A stretch of 62,874 nucleotides of DNA, the filler included, from Gemmatimonadota bacterium (GTDB lineage: Bacteria > 4572-55 > J002): NCBI GenBank assembly GCA_003697105.1. It is 4 parts of 4 records of this genome, joined end to end, with 100 filler letters (N's around TTAATTAATTAA, not from the genome) between each part and the next. Parts side by side here need not be neighbours in the genome. Positions count along the whole stretch, not along the records: positions 39,301 to 57,171 come from RFFQ01000121.1; 3 more parts are not named here. One strand, 5' to 3'. Positions within the stretch are counted from its first letter, which is position 1. Each line of letters begins with the position of its first letter. Positions 41,300 through 50,855 of this stretch are shown in pieces. The notes under the pieces were generated by a model. The model did no database searches. It saw nothing but the letters and a program-made list of their open reading frames with translations, and was not told the DNA's origin. The translations under genes and the position numbers were made by a program.

Positions 41300-42343
41300 A
41301 TGAGCACCCAAATTGCGCCTAACTTAAAAGCCAAAGATTTTGCCTCGGACCAGACGGTGCGCTGGTGCCCCGGCTGCGGGGATTATGCGATTCTGTCCGC
41401 TATTCAGAAAACTCTCCCCAAAGTGGGTGTCCCGCGTGAAAACACGGTGATTGTTAGTGGTATTGGTTGTTCGTCGCGCTTGCCCTATTACATGAATACC
41501 TACGGCTTCCATACGATTCATGGGCGGGGGGCAACCATTGCCACCGGAATCAAACTTGCCAACCCGGAACTGATGGTCTGGCTGGTCACCGGAGATGGCG
41601 ATTCCATCTCCATTGGAGGAAATCATCTGATTCACCTCCTGCGGCGCAATGTGAACATCAATGTCTTGCTATTTAATAATGAAATTTACGGCTTGACCAA
41701 AGGGCAATATTCGCCAACCTCAAAACAGGGTGTCGTGACCAAATCTACTCCTTTTGGTTCTTTGGATGAGCCGTTTCGTCCAACCAGTTTGGCGCTCAGT
41801 GCAGAAGCGGCATTTGTTGCCCGCACGATGGATAAAGATGTCAAACACATGAGCCAAATGATTGAACGGTGTGCCCAACACACCGGGACATCTTTTTTAG
41901 AAATCTTCCAAAATTGCGTGATCTTCAATGATGGCGTGTTTGAACCGTTGACCAACAAAGCGACCCGCCCGGATACCGTACTCTATCTTGAGCATGGTAA
42001 GCCCATGATTTTTGGGCAAAATCGTCAAAAAGGGATTCGATTGCTAGACGGTACTCCAGACGTTGTTGATCTTTCGACCGGTGAGCTGGGTCTGGACGAT
42101 CTATGGATTCACGACGAGAAAGACCCCGACCCCGCTCGTGCTTTCATTCTCTCTCGTATGGGGCAACATCCTGATCTCCCCACGCCGGTGGGTGTTTTCC
42201 GCAATGTACCTCGCCCGACTTACGAGGAATTGCTAATCGACCAAATTGAAATGGTCAAAGCTCAAAAGGGAAAGGGTGATCTCAAATCGCTATTTTACAG
42301 CGGTGATGTGTGGGAAGTTGGAAATACCCCCATTAATAGATGA
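41300..42343 (+). CDS. korB: 2-oxoacid:ferredoxin oxidoreductase beta subunit
   Basis: WCPGCGD, SGIGCSSR, HGR, GDGD...IGGNH, NNEIYGLTKGQYSPTS; GGAGG RBS. Confidence 0.92.
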   Translation: MSTQIAPNLKAKDFASDQTVRWCPGCGDYAILSAIQKTLPKVGVPRENTVIVSGIGCSSRLPYYMNTYGFHTIHGRGATIATGIKLANPELMVWLVTGDGDSISIGGNHLIHLLRRNVNINVLLFNNEIYGLTKGQYSPTSKQGVVTKSTPFGSLDEPFRPTSLALSAEAAFVARTMDKDVKHMSQMIERCAQHTGTSFLEIFQNCVIFNDGVFEPLTNKATRPDTVLYLEHGKPMIFGQNRQKGIRLLDGTPDVVDLSTGELGLDDLWIHDEKDPDPARAFILSRMGQHPDLPTPVGVFRNVPRPTYEELLIDQIEMVKAQKGKGDLKSLFYSGDVWEVGNTPINR

Positions 42344-42384
42344 ATAGGGGGGGTACCTGTTGCTCCCAATTGGGTGAAATCCTC

Positions 42385-43113
42385 ATGCGGAACACACGCT
42401 TATTGCTTATTCTGCTTTTCATCAGTTTCTTACCTTCCGGTGCATTCTCCCAGTCCTTGACAGGTGTAAGTGGGTTACTCACCATTCCCACGGCTGAGAT
42501 GCTCGATGACGGGCAAATGGCTGTCGGGCTTACCTTTCAGGACGAAAAATATCTGCGGGCGTTTCCCAGCCGTCCAGATAACCATTTGCTGGCATCGTAT
42601 ATCACCTTGAGCTATTTCTCGTTTTTAGAACTTGCCTTGCGCTTAAATCGTCCGGTTGACCCAGCGGCGGGTGTCGTAGGGAAGGTGGGGATTGGTGACC
42701 GGCTACCAATGATCCGGTTGCGACTGCCTCGCTTCCACCCTGCGTTACCGGCAATCGTTATTGGGCAACATGATTATTCGGTACTTTCTCCGGCGGAAGA
42801 AGCATCGCATTTTAGCGCGTCGTATGGGGTTTTATCGCAAGAAATAAAGCTCAGATGGAAGGGGATCGAACTAACGTCATTTCATCTGGGGTATGGGGTT
42901 GATCTGGTCACTGCCCATCATCATGAATTTGTGGGTTGGTTTGGCGGAACTCGCTTCAAAGCGACCCAATGGCTAATGCTCCTACTCGAATACGACGCCG
43001 AGTATTGGAACGGGGGATTCCGGCTCCATCTGCGGGATGCCGCGCATGTGACCATCGGTTGGAAACAATTTGATTCTCTATTAGCGGGATTCAACATCAA
43101 CTTTTATTTATGA
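42385..43113 (+). CDS. YjbH-domain outer-membrane protein (short form)
   Basis: Signal peptide, G.SGLLTIPTAEM motif, PAIVIG, EYD; aromatic C-terminus. Confidence 0.7.
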   Translation: MRNTRLLLILLFISFLPSGAFSQSLTGVSGLLTIPTAEMLDDGQMAVGLTFQDEKYLRAFPSRPDNHLLASYITLSYFSFLELALRLNRPVDPAAGVVGKVGIGDRLPMIRLRLPRFHPALPAIVIGQHDYSVLSPAEEASHFSASYGVLSQEIKLRWKGIELTSFHLGYGVDLVTAHHHEFVGWFGGTRFKATQWLMLLLEYDAEYWNGGFRLHLRDAAHVTIGWKQFDSLLAGFNINFYL

Positions 43114-43120
43114 GGACCCT

Positions 43121-43618
43121 ATGGCAACATCGGATCATCTCAGTTGGGACGAGTATTTTATGGGTATCGCCATCTTTACTTCTTTGCGCTCCAAAGACCC
43201 AAAAACCAAAGTGGGCGCGATCATCGTCAACGACCAAAATCACATTGTTGGTACCGGTTATAACGGCTTTGTCGCCGGAGCGGATGAGTCCAAATTTACT
43301 TGGAACAAAACGGGCGCTTGGTTGGAGACCAAATATCCTTATGTTGTCCATGCCGAAGCGAATGCGCTGCTCAATACAACGGTGAACGATCTGCAAAATT
43401 GCCGCGTTTATGTAACGCTGTTTCCTTGTAACGAGTGTGCCAAGCAAATTGCTCAGAAAAAATTAGCGGAAGTGATTTATTTACGGCGGAAAGATAAAAT
43501 TGAAGAAATTTACACCGCTTCCGAGCGGATATTTGAGGCAACGGGCATCAAAACCCGGCAGTTGGTATTGCCTTCTTTGGAGACCATTCTCCACAAATTT
43601 ACCGATTTTATCCCCTAG
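43121..43618 (+). CDS. dCMP deaminase family protein
   Basis: SWDEYFM, RSKDP...VGA, GYNG, HAEANA, FPCNEC. Confidence 0.93.
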   Translation: MATSDHLSWDEYFMGIAIFTSLRSKDPKTKVGAIIVNDQNHIVGTGYNGFVAGADESKFTWNKTGAWLETKYPYVVHAEANALLNTTVNDLQNCRVYVTLFPCNECAKQIAQKKLAEVIYLRRKDKIEEIYTASERIFEATGIKTRQLVLPSLETILHKFTDFIP

Positions 43619-44480
43619 ATTCCGTTTTGGCAACACCCCATCCTAATTTTTCCCGGAGCAAATCATAAAAGGAGCGGCGGGTGATGCGGACTAATTGGAT
43701 GGTCTCCGGTGCGCGTTGGATGAGAATCTGGTCGCTGATATGCAAGGAAATCCCTGCCTGACCATCAATGGTCAACACGGCGTCGCCAATTACCCGTTCT
43801 AACTGAATCCGCAGGATCACATCATCGGGAACGATCATGGGGCGAATGGCAAACATGTGCGGGCAAATGGGGGTAATGACCAGTGCCTTCATCAGGGGGG
43901 TTAAAATGGGACCGCCAGCAGAGAGGGAATATGCCGTAGAACCGGTGGGGGTCGAGACAATCAAGCCATCCGCGGTATAGCTGCTCACATACTCTTTATT
44001 AATGTGGAGCACCATCCCGAGCACGCGTGCGGTGGTACCCCGATGGATCACGGCATCGTTCATTCCAAAATAGGTTTCGTGGTCTTTACCGTTGCGAATA
44101 ATGGTTGCTTGTATGCCCATCCGGTGTTCAATTTGATAGTTCCCGTTATACAGTAATGGCAAAAGGTCATCCATTTTATCCACATTGGTATCGACCAAAA
44201 ACCCCAATCGCCCCATATTGATTCCGGCAATGGGCACATGACATGGGCCCATCACCCGAGCGGTGGCTAACAGGGTCCCATCGCCACCCAAAACAAGTGC
44301 CATATCAATCTGCTTTCCTAATTCCTCAATTGGTAGCACTCCATCGGCAAACCCTGCCAAGCGGGCGCTACGGTCTTCCAAATAGACTTCGTGCCCGTCT
44401 GCCCGAATTTTTTGCAATAGTGGGATAGCGAACGGTTCAATATCGGAAAATTCAATGTTGATAATAACCCCAAAGCGCAT
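43608..44480 (-). CDS. nadK: NAD kinase
   Basis: GGDGT, GRLGFL, ND, DGLIVSTPTGSTAYSLSAGGP. Confidence 0.96.
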   Translation of the reverse strand: MRFGVIINIEFSDIEPFAIPLLQKIRADGHEVYLEDRSARLAGFADGVLPIEELGKQIDMALVLGGDGTLLATARVMGPCHVPIAGINMGRLGFLVDTNVDKMDDLLPLLYNGNYQIEHRMGIQATIIRNGKDHETYFGMNDAVIHRGTTARVLGMVLHINKEYVSSYTADGLIVSTPTGSTAYSLSAGGPILTPLMKALVITPICPHMFAIRPMIVPDDVILRIQLERVIGDAVLTIDGQAGISLHISDQILIQRAPETIQLVRITRRSFYDLLREKLGWGVAKTESRG

Positions 44481-44489
44481 TGGGTGCTC

Positions 44490-45794
44490 CTATTCTTCCG
44501 CCGCGATTTCATGGTTTGGCAGGAAATATAGCTTGATTTTTTTGATACGATGCCCGTCAATACGGAGGATTTCAAACCGGTAATTTTGATAATCGATGGT
44601 CTCATGCGGCTCTGGGACACGTCCTAATTGATCGAAAATGAACCCCCCGAGAGTGTCATAATCTTCATTAACCGGCAAATTTAACCCCAGTTCGTCATTC
44701 AGTTCGTCGATATCCATGATGGCATCGATTAAGTAGGTCTGTTCGTCGATTTTACGGAACAAGGGGGTTGTTTCCACATCATATTCATCAAAGATATCGC
44801 CGACAATTTCTTCGATAATGTCTTCCAAAGTAACCAACCCGGCGGTACCGCCGTATTCATCCACCACAATGGCAATGTGAATCTTCTCTTTCCGGAATTC
44901 TTGGAGCAATTCGCGGATATGCTTACTTTCCGGGACAAACCAAGCCTTGCGCATGATCTCGCGCAAATCCGTGATCGGTTCTTGGCGTTTCAACTGGGAG
45001 AGCAGGTCTTTCGCGTACAAAATCCCGATAATATTATCGATTGTCCCTTCATACAGCGGGATACGGGAATGTCCTTTATTGACTATCAACTCCATGATGT
45101 CCGCCGGATGCTCATCATCGGCATCAAAAACGACCATGTCGATTCGCGGGATCATGACTTCCCGCACCACGGTCTCTCCAAACTCCATCACCCCGCGGAT
45201 CATTTCTCGTTCTTCTTCTTTAAACCCCTCATCTTTATCGGGGGTATCGGGTATTTGAGAGCGAATTTCTTCCACCAGCACATAGGGTGATAAATATTCA
45301 TGACCAAAATAGGAGGAAAAGGCATGAAGAAATTGGTGTAACGGCAGGGTGACCGGAAAGCTCACCCAATATAATAGACGAAAAAGTGCCAGAAGATGTG
45401 TGTTTCTTGCCAAGTGATGAATATGGTGTACGGCATAGCTCCGGGGTACAATATCGCCAAATAGAATGAGCGCCACGAAAATCAGGATAAGTGTTAAAAT
45501 GCCTATCCAGAAGTGATCCAAATTCGTGGTGATACGGCTTGCCACGATGAGTGCCCCTCCCCCAAAGAGCGTTGTCCAAAAATGGAGCACGACAAACAGT
45601 AAATCCCGATCGCGGAATAAGTCCGTAAGCTGTTGAAATTGGCGCTCATGGGTATCTCGCAGTTCATTTAGTTGAAGCCGGGACAGACCAAAAAACGCCA
45701 CTTTTAAGATGGAAATAAACGCATGACCTGTAACAAACAAAATAAGCAAACCGATGTAAAAAACAGCAATGCTTTGTGAGGGAAGATCGTCCAC
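44490..45794 (-). CDS. Hemolysin-family CNNM/CBS/CorC Mg/Co transporter-like protein
   Basis: DUF21 TMs, VMIPR, HSRIP, VVDEYGGTAGLVTLEDIIEEIVG, YDTLGG. Confidence 0.92.
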   Translation of the reverse strand: MDDLPSQSIAVFYIGLLILFVTGHAFISILKVAFFGLSRLQLNELRDTHERQFQQLTDLFRDRDLLFVVLHFWTTLFGGGALIVASRITTNLDHFWIGILTLILIFVALILFGDIVPRSYAVHHIHHLARNTHLLALFRLLYWVSFPVTLPLHQFLHAFSSYFGHEYLSPYVLVEEIRSQIPDTPDKDEGFKEEEREMIRGVMEFGETVVREVMIPRIDMVVFDADDEHPADIMELIVNKGHSRIPLYEGTIDNIIGILYAKDLLSQLKRQEPITDLREIMRKAWFVPESKHIRELLQEFRKEKIHIAIVVDEYGGTAGLVTLEDIIEEIVGDIFDEYDVETTPLFRKIDEQTYLIDAIMDIDELNDELGLNLPVNEDYDTLGGFIFDQLGRVPEPHETIDYQNYRFEILRIDGHRIKKIKLYFLPNHEIAAEE

Positions 45795-45820
45795 GTTTGG
45801 GTTACCTCTTCATAAAGTTA

Positions 45821-46252
45821 TTAACTCGATCCCGGCAGGTCGATGGTTAAATAGTAATCCTCTTTCTGCCGCATCATTTCGGCACCGGCGGTCGTTTCGT
45901 GATCATAGCCGAGCAGATGTAAAACGCCATGTATCGCCAGCCGGTGTATCTCGTTTTCAACACTCACCCCGTATTCCTGAGCTTGCACGACGGCGCGGTC
46001 GTAGGAAATATAAATATCACCGATCAACGGCTCTTCTGACCCCACTTCTGAAAGCGGAAATGAGATGACATCCGTTTCCCAATCATGGTTCAAATACTGC
46101 CGGTTCATCGCTCGCAGTTCTGGATCGGTTAAAAACGTAATGCTAATCTCGGTTTTTTGCTGAGGTAATTCATTTACCATCAGATGTTCTAGCCGTTGCC
46201 GGAGACTTTTCGGGTTGATCTGCTGGGGCGCCTGATTGATATAGATCGACAT
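45821..46252 (-). CDS. ybeY: rRNA maturation endoribonuclease YbeY
   Basis: TDVISF, GDIYIS, HGVLHLLGYDH. Confidence 0.94.
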   Translation of the reverse strand: MSIYINQAPQQINPKSLRQRLEHLMVNELPQQKTEISITFLTDPELRAMNRQYLNHDWETDVISFPLSEVGSEEPLIGDIYISYDRAVVQAQEYGVSVENEIHRLAIHGVLHLLGYDHETTAGAEMMRQKEDYYLTIDLPGSS

Positions 46253-48479
46253 CCTTTGAAGCTTTCGTCTTTTTAAATTCAGGGTAATCAATTCGAGAAT
46301 GGTACATGGCAATTAAAATGGGTAGAAAGGCTTTGCCGATTTTGGTTAAATCTTTAAATGTTAGATCGCATTCATCAAATTGACCTTGAATAAACTTGGT
46401 GTTGATAATCTTGTGAATTAAATCTTCTAGCCGGTTTGGAGTAGGGTCTTTCAGGACTCGCGCCGCGGATTCTACTGAATCCGCAATCATCACAATTGCG
46501 GTCTCTTTGGTCTGTGGTTTAGGTCCTGGATACCGGAAGTCATACTCACTGACCGTCTCATCATTTTCCAATGCTTTATTGTAGAAAAAGCTGACCAGAC
46601 TTGTACCGTGATGTTCGGGAATAAAATCAATGATACACTGCGGAATACCTGCCCGCCGTGCCATTTCAATACCTTCTTTGACGTGATTGATGATAATCAG
46701 GGTACTCATGGACGGGCTTAGCGAGTCATGGGGATTATGGCCGCGCTGATTTTCTACAAAATACTCCGGTTTTGTGGTTTTACCAATGTCATGATAATAG
46801 CAGGCTACCCGGCAGAGCAACCCATTTGCCCCGATAGCTTCAGCGGCGGCTTCCGATAGATGGCTGACTACCAAACTATGGCTGTGTGTGCCGGGGGCTT
46901 CTAACGCTAATTTTCGTAACAACGGACGTTGAAAATCACCTAACTCCAGTAATGTGACGTCGGTTGTGATCTTAAAGATACTTTCAAAAACGGGTAGTAA
47001 ACCAATCGCCAAAATGGTGGAAATCATCCCGTTGCCAATTCCCCACAACAGGTCTTGTAACATATCCTGCCATGCGACAAACCGGATCATATCCGTGGCA
47101 AAAATGGAGATAATATATGCACCTGAAATGAGGACAAACGATTGGTAGAATTGAAACCGGTGACGTACCCGGCGGACACTGTGAGATGCCGCTACTCCGG
47201 AAAACATTGCCATCACTACCATTGAAAAATTGATGCCGGGCAGTATCCCCAGCAATAATCCGGTAAAAATCGTGAAGAGCATTCCTAGTTCGGCGTCAAA
47301 CAGGATGGTTACGAGCATGGCACTTACGGTTACCGGAATCAAAAACGGGATAAGGTTTGCTTGGGGTGAACTCAAAGAGGGTATAATGGTGCACGTAGCG
47401 ACCAACAGCGCTAAAAGCACTAATTTAGAGGCATCCCGGTAGATGCGGGGACGGTATTGAGATAAATAGAAGCCAAAGAGCAACAACAGCAACGAATTAA
47501 ACAACACGTGCCCGGTGCGTGTCACATAAATCTCCCAAAACTCACTTTGTTCCCGGGTCTGTTTGGCGGAGATGTAGGCTTTTAAGCGTTGGTAAGTTGC
47601 CGCATCGACACGTTCGTTTTTGCCGATGATCTTTTCATCGCGGAGGACGGTCTCTTTAATGGTGGGGACACTCTCAATCGCTTCTGCGATGCGCTGCTGG
47701 GTTTTCTGAGCGTTAAATGTCAGGTTTGGCAGAATGAACGAGGAGGTAATTTCATAAAACGCTACTGATATTGTATCTTTTTTGCTGTTGGCTAAGGAGC
47801 GCCCAATTTCGACAACATAATCAAGCGCCTCATTTTGGTCATAAAATTGGTTGATAGAGACCAGCGTTTCTGAATCTCCCCGTTGTAATGTGACTTGATT
47901 GGTGGGGAAGGGTTCCAGCACCCGTTTATCGGCGATAATACCGGCGGAGAACAACTCGTTCAGGGTTTCGCGTACTTGCTGTTGTAGGAAGGCATCTGTC
48001 GTCGAGTGGAGAAGCATATCAATGGTCACTTGCGACAAATTCATTTGCCTACCGCCCACGTCCCGCACTTTTTGATCATAATCGATCTCGCTTTGACGAA
48101 TGGCTTTTACGTCATTAAAAAAGTGATCCATGGCGGTCAACTGGGTATGCGTAATGTCCTCATTGTAGCGTACTACCGGGATCACCCGTTTTTTAGCGGC
48201 TTCTTGATCTTTCGCAATTTCTTCGGGAGGTCGGGGTACTTGAAATTCAAATTCAGCAATAATCGTTTCGGGTGAGATCGCCCCTTCGGTAAGTGTTAAT
48301 TCACTGTATTTTTGAAATTTGAATTGAAGTTGGACCGAACTCACCAGCACCAGTAACCCCACAAAAATGAGCAGCCGTACCAACACCCACCAAACTTGGG
48401 ATGATTCTTTGGGGGTGAGGTTCTTAAACACCGGTTGCGGGCGAGATTTGGCTTTGGGTTTACGCTGGAAAAGACGCAA
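46170..48479 (-). CDS. pgpH: 7TM-HD (HDIG) phosphodiesterase, PgpH-like c-di-AMP PDE
   Basis: Extracellular domain, 7 TMs, APGT..HS, YYHDIGK, EHHGT, YPGPKP, ADS.E. Confidence 0.88.
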   Translation of the reverse strand: MRLFQRKPKAKSRPQPVFKNLTPKESSQVWWVLVRLLIFVGLLVLVSSVQLQFKFQKYSELTLTEGAISPETIIAEFEFQVPRPPEEIAKDQEAAKKRVIPVVRYNEDITHTQLTAMDHFFNDVKAIRQSEIDYDQKVRDVGGRQMNLSQVTIDMLLHSTTDAFLQQQVRETLNELFSAGIIADKRVLEPFPTNQVTLQRGDSETLVSINQFYDQNEALDYVVEIGRSLANSKKDTISVAFYEITSSFILPNLTFNAQKTQQRIAEAIESVPTIKETVLRDEKIIGKNERVDAATYQRLKAYISAKQTREQSEFWEIYVTRTGHVLFNSLLLLLFGFYLSQYRPRIYRDASKLVLLALLVATCTIIPSLSSPQANLIPFLIPVTVSAMLVTILFDAELGMLFTIFTGLLLGILPGINFSMVVMAMFSGVAASHSVRRVRHRFQFYQSFVLISGAYIISIFATDMIRFVAWQDMLQDLLWGIGNGMISTILAIGLLPVFESIFKITTDVTLLELGDFQRPLLRKLALEAPGTHSHSLVVSHLSEAAAEAIGANGLLCRVACYYHDIGKTTKPEYFVENQRGHNPHDSLSPSMSTLIIINHVKEGIEMARRAGIPQCIIDFIPEHHGTSLVSFFYNKALENDETVSEYDFRYPGPKPQTKETAIVMIADSVESAARVLKDPTPNRLEDLIHKIINTKFIQGQFDECDLTFKDLTKIGKAFLPILIAMYHSRIDYPEFKKTKASKDVDLYQSGAPADQPEKSPATARTSDGK

Positions 48480-48503
48480 GGGAGGCTCCTGAGAAGCAAA
48501 AAA

Positions 48504-49547
48504 TTAGGAGGTGAATGTTTCCGGTGAGTGAGTTTCCGGGGTTCGGGTGGCAGAGGTAGATTTTTCGTGAACTTCAAATGCCTGAATGATACTCTGAACA
48601 AGCCGATGCCGGACCACATCCGTCTGTTCCAAATAGACAAATTCCACACCGCTGACGGCTCGCAAAATCTGTTGAATCCCCACTAAACCGGATTTTTCTT
48701 TCGATTCCAGATCAATTTGTGTGATGTCACCCGTCACCACGGCTTTGGAATCAAATCCAAGCCGGGTTAAAAACATTTTCATTTGTGGGATTGTGGTGTT
48801 TTGGGCTTCATCAAGGATAATAAAGGCATTGTTTAAGGTGCGTCCTCGCATATAGGCGAGCGGCGCGACCTCAATAACGCGGCTACTCAGTAGCGTCCGT
48901 ACTTTTTGAACTCCCATCATATCATATAACGCATCGTACACCGGACGCAGGTATGGATCGACTTTTTCTTGTAAGTCTCCGGGCAAGAAGCCCAGATTTT
49001 CACCCGCGGCAACGGCGGGGCGCACCAAGATAATCCGTTCGACTTGGCGGCTTTTCAATGCTGCTGCCGCCATTGCCACTGCTAAATACGTTTTGCCTGT
49101 TCCAGCAGGACCAATCCCGAAGACAATATCTTTTTTCTGAATGGCTTGAATATACTTGCGTTGGCCCGCGGTCTTGGGGCGGATCGGCTTATTGCCCCCA
49201 ACCGCGTGATAGACCACATCGCCTTTTGTCGGATAGCGGCCGGCTGGGTGGTTTTTTTCTCCCCCGGCAGCACGGGACTTTGTAGTATTGGCGGCATTCA
49301 ACAGATATAGCACATCTTGACGCCCGATGATATTCCCCCGGTTGGCAATGGAAATCAGTTGCAATAAAATATCGGCGATAGCTTCAACTTCGTCTTCATC
49401 TCCTTCTAAAAAAATAGTGCTCCCTCGGGCAAAAACACGGGTTTCAAAGCGATCTTCAATCAACCGGAGATTACAGTCATTCTGCCCAAAAAATAGCAGG
49501 GGTTCAATGTTCCCCAACTCAATTTTGTGTGATACGGTAGTTTTCAA
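48504..49547 (-). CDS. phoH: PhoH-family ATPase (YbeZ-like)
   Basis: GPAGTGKT, RPAV, LGFLPGDL, MRGRT, DEAQN, GD.TQ.D; TTG start after GGAG. Confidence 0.94.
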   Translation of the reverse strand: MKTTVSHKIELGNIEPLLFFGQNDCNLRLIEDRFETRVFARGSTIFLEGDEDEVEAIADILLQLISIANRGNIIGRQDVLYLLNAANTTKSRAAGGEKNHPAGRYPTKGDVVYHAVGGNKPIRPKTAGQRKYIQAIQKKDIVFGIGPAGTGKTYLAVAMAAAALKSRQVERIILVRPAVAAGENLGFLPGDLQEKVDPYLRPVYDALYDMMGVQKVRTLLSSRVIEVAPLAYMRGRTLNNAFIILDEAQNTTIPQMKMFLTRLGFDSKAVVTGDITQIDLESKEKSGLVGIQQILRAVSGVEFVYLEQTDVVRHRLVQSIIQAFEVHEKSTSATRTPETHSPETFTS

Positions 49548-49576
49548 ATATGCACTCCTTACGAATGATGTCCAGT

Positions 49577-50284
49577 TTAGTAGTCCCCGTCCCAGTAGAT
49601 GATCCGCCCGCAGTTGATACAATCCAGAATGCGGTCTTGTCCTTTGGAGACCGCAATAGTTTGGGGGGGTAAGGTCATATTACACCCGCTGCAAGCGCCC
49701 CGCTGGATTGGGACGACCACGTTATTATAGGCTTGACGTAACCGCTCGTATTTGCGAAACAGGCTTTTTTTCAAACGCAAACTGACCCGGTTTCGTTCAT
49801 CGCGTTTGATGGCTAGATTTCCCTCTAGGTCATCTAATTGTGCCTGCAGTGTTTTTAATTGGCTCTCGAATGCCGCTTGTTCTTGCTCAAACACTGGGGT
49901 TTCCGCCTCAATTTCATCTTTCAAGGCGATCGTTTTATCTTTTAATTTCGCCAGTTCTTCATCCAGTTCTAACACCAAGAACTCTTTATCATTAATTTGC
50001 TGTTCCAGAACACGATATTCTTTATTATTTCGTGCCCGGCTCAGTTGTTTGTTGAACTTTTCCATAGCATTCTGAGCTTCGACAATTTCCCGCTCCAGAC
50101 GTCGCTGTTCTTTTTCGTATTCGTCTAAGCGGTCTTGCTTTGCTTTGAACGCCTCCTGTTTTTCGCGCCACTGCGCTGTTAAGCGTTCAATTTCTTCCGG
50201 GAGATTGCCACCATCCGTGTACAGCGCATCAATCTCATTATCGATACCCTGTAATTCTTCCAAAATCCGTAGCTCCTCTATCAC
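49577..50284 (-). CDS. Coiled-coil protein with C4-type zinc ribbon (DUF164 type)
   Basis: Long coiled coil followed by CSGC...CINCGRI. Confidence 0.88.
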   Translation of the reverse strand: MIEELRILEELQGIDNEIDALYTDGGNLPEEIERLTAQWREKQEAFKAKQDRLDEYEKEQRRLEREIVEAQNAMEKFNKQLSRARNNKEYRVLEQQINDKEFLVLELDEELAKLKDKTIALKDEIEAETPVFEQEQAAFESQLKTLQAQLDDLEGNLAIKRDERNRVSLRLKKSLFRKYERLRQAYNNVVVPIQRGACSGCNMTLPPQTIAVSKGQDRILDCINCGRIIYWDGDY

Positions 50285-50319
50285 GGTTAGACCATCCTTT
50301 TGTTAGGGGGTGATGATGG

Positions 50320-50360
50320 AAAAAGAAAAAGTGTACCTACACGGGGCGTAGGTACACTTT
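50320..50360 (-). terminator. Terminator of the tRNA cluster
   Basis: AAAGTGTACCTAC/GTAGGTACACTTT stem followed by a T-rich run on the minus strand. Confidence 0.8.
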
Positions 50361-50452
50361 ATTCTCAGAACTAATATAAGTGAGGTGTGGTTTCAGTTTG
50401 GTTATGGATTTTAATCTCATACCAATGGGATATATCACCGGGTCAAAATAGG

Positions 50453-50528
50453 TGGTGGAGCTGAGGGGGATCGAACCCCTGACCTCTTGACTGCCAGTCA
50501 AGCGCTCTCCCGTCTGAGCTACAGCCCC
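50453..50528 (-). tRNA. tRNA-Ala(GGC)
   Basis: GGGGCTG acceptor with G3:U70, anticodon GGC, GTTCGA T-loop, encoded CCA. Confidence 0.96.
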
Positions 50529-50571
50529 ACCGTTAGCCTCCACGGAAACATCACAACATAATAAACAAAGA

Positions 50572-50648
50572 TGGTGGGCGAAACAGGATTCGAACCTGTG
50601 ACCTCTTGCATGTGAGGCAAGCACTCTAACCGACTGAGCTATTCGCCC
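50572..50648 (-). tRNA. tRNA-Val(CAC)
   Basis: Cloverleaf, anticodon arm CTTGC-CTCACAT-GCAAG, encoded CCA. Confidence 0.95.
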
Positions 50649-50684
50649 GAAAGGTAGTACCAAATATCGTTTCATTTGCCAATC

Positions 50685-50761
50685 TGGTGGGCCCACCAGG
50701 ACTTGAACCTGGGACCAATGGATTATGAGTCCACTGCTCTAACCAACTGAGCTATAGGCCC
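50685..50761 (-). tRNA. tRNA with CAT anticodon, most likely tRNA-Ile2 (lysidine-modified)
   Basis: GGGCCT acceptor, CTCATAA loop, no C1:A72 mismatch and no GGG/CCC anticodon stem of initiator tRNA; encoded CCA. Confidence 0.88.
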
Positions 50762-50792
50762 GAAATATTAAACCTGTTTTCAGGTGAGTGGG

Positions 50793-50821
50793 AATATATC
50801 CCTTTCCCTTTGAATCGTCAA
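50793..50821 (-). promoter_or_regulatory. Sigma70 promoter of the tRNA cluster
   Basis: TTGACG-17 bp-TATATT about 30 bp upstream of the first tRNA. Confidence 0.75.
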
Positions 50822-50855
50822 GCATTTTTTTAGTGAAAACCCACTATTTTACAGC

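Noticed and set aside
43121-43618. dCMP deaminase as an anti-phage nucleotide-depletion system
   Set aside because: Short housekeeping-type enzyme with no fused kinase/P-loop domain and no defence-gene neighbours.
43608-50284. Zinc ribbon-phoH-HD-ybeY-corC-nadK cluster as a novel system
   Set aside because: phoH, HD phosphodiesterase, ybeY and corC form a widely conserved housekeeping neighbourhood.
50337-50696. 119-aa ORF on the minus strand
   Set aside because: It is a translation through the tRNA genes.
50685-50761. Initiator tRNA-fMet
   Set aside because: Has a G1:C72 pair and lacks the three G:C pairs in the anticodon stem; Ile2 fits better.
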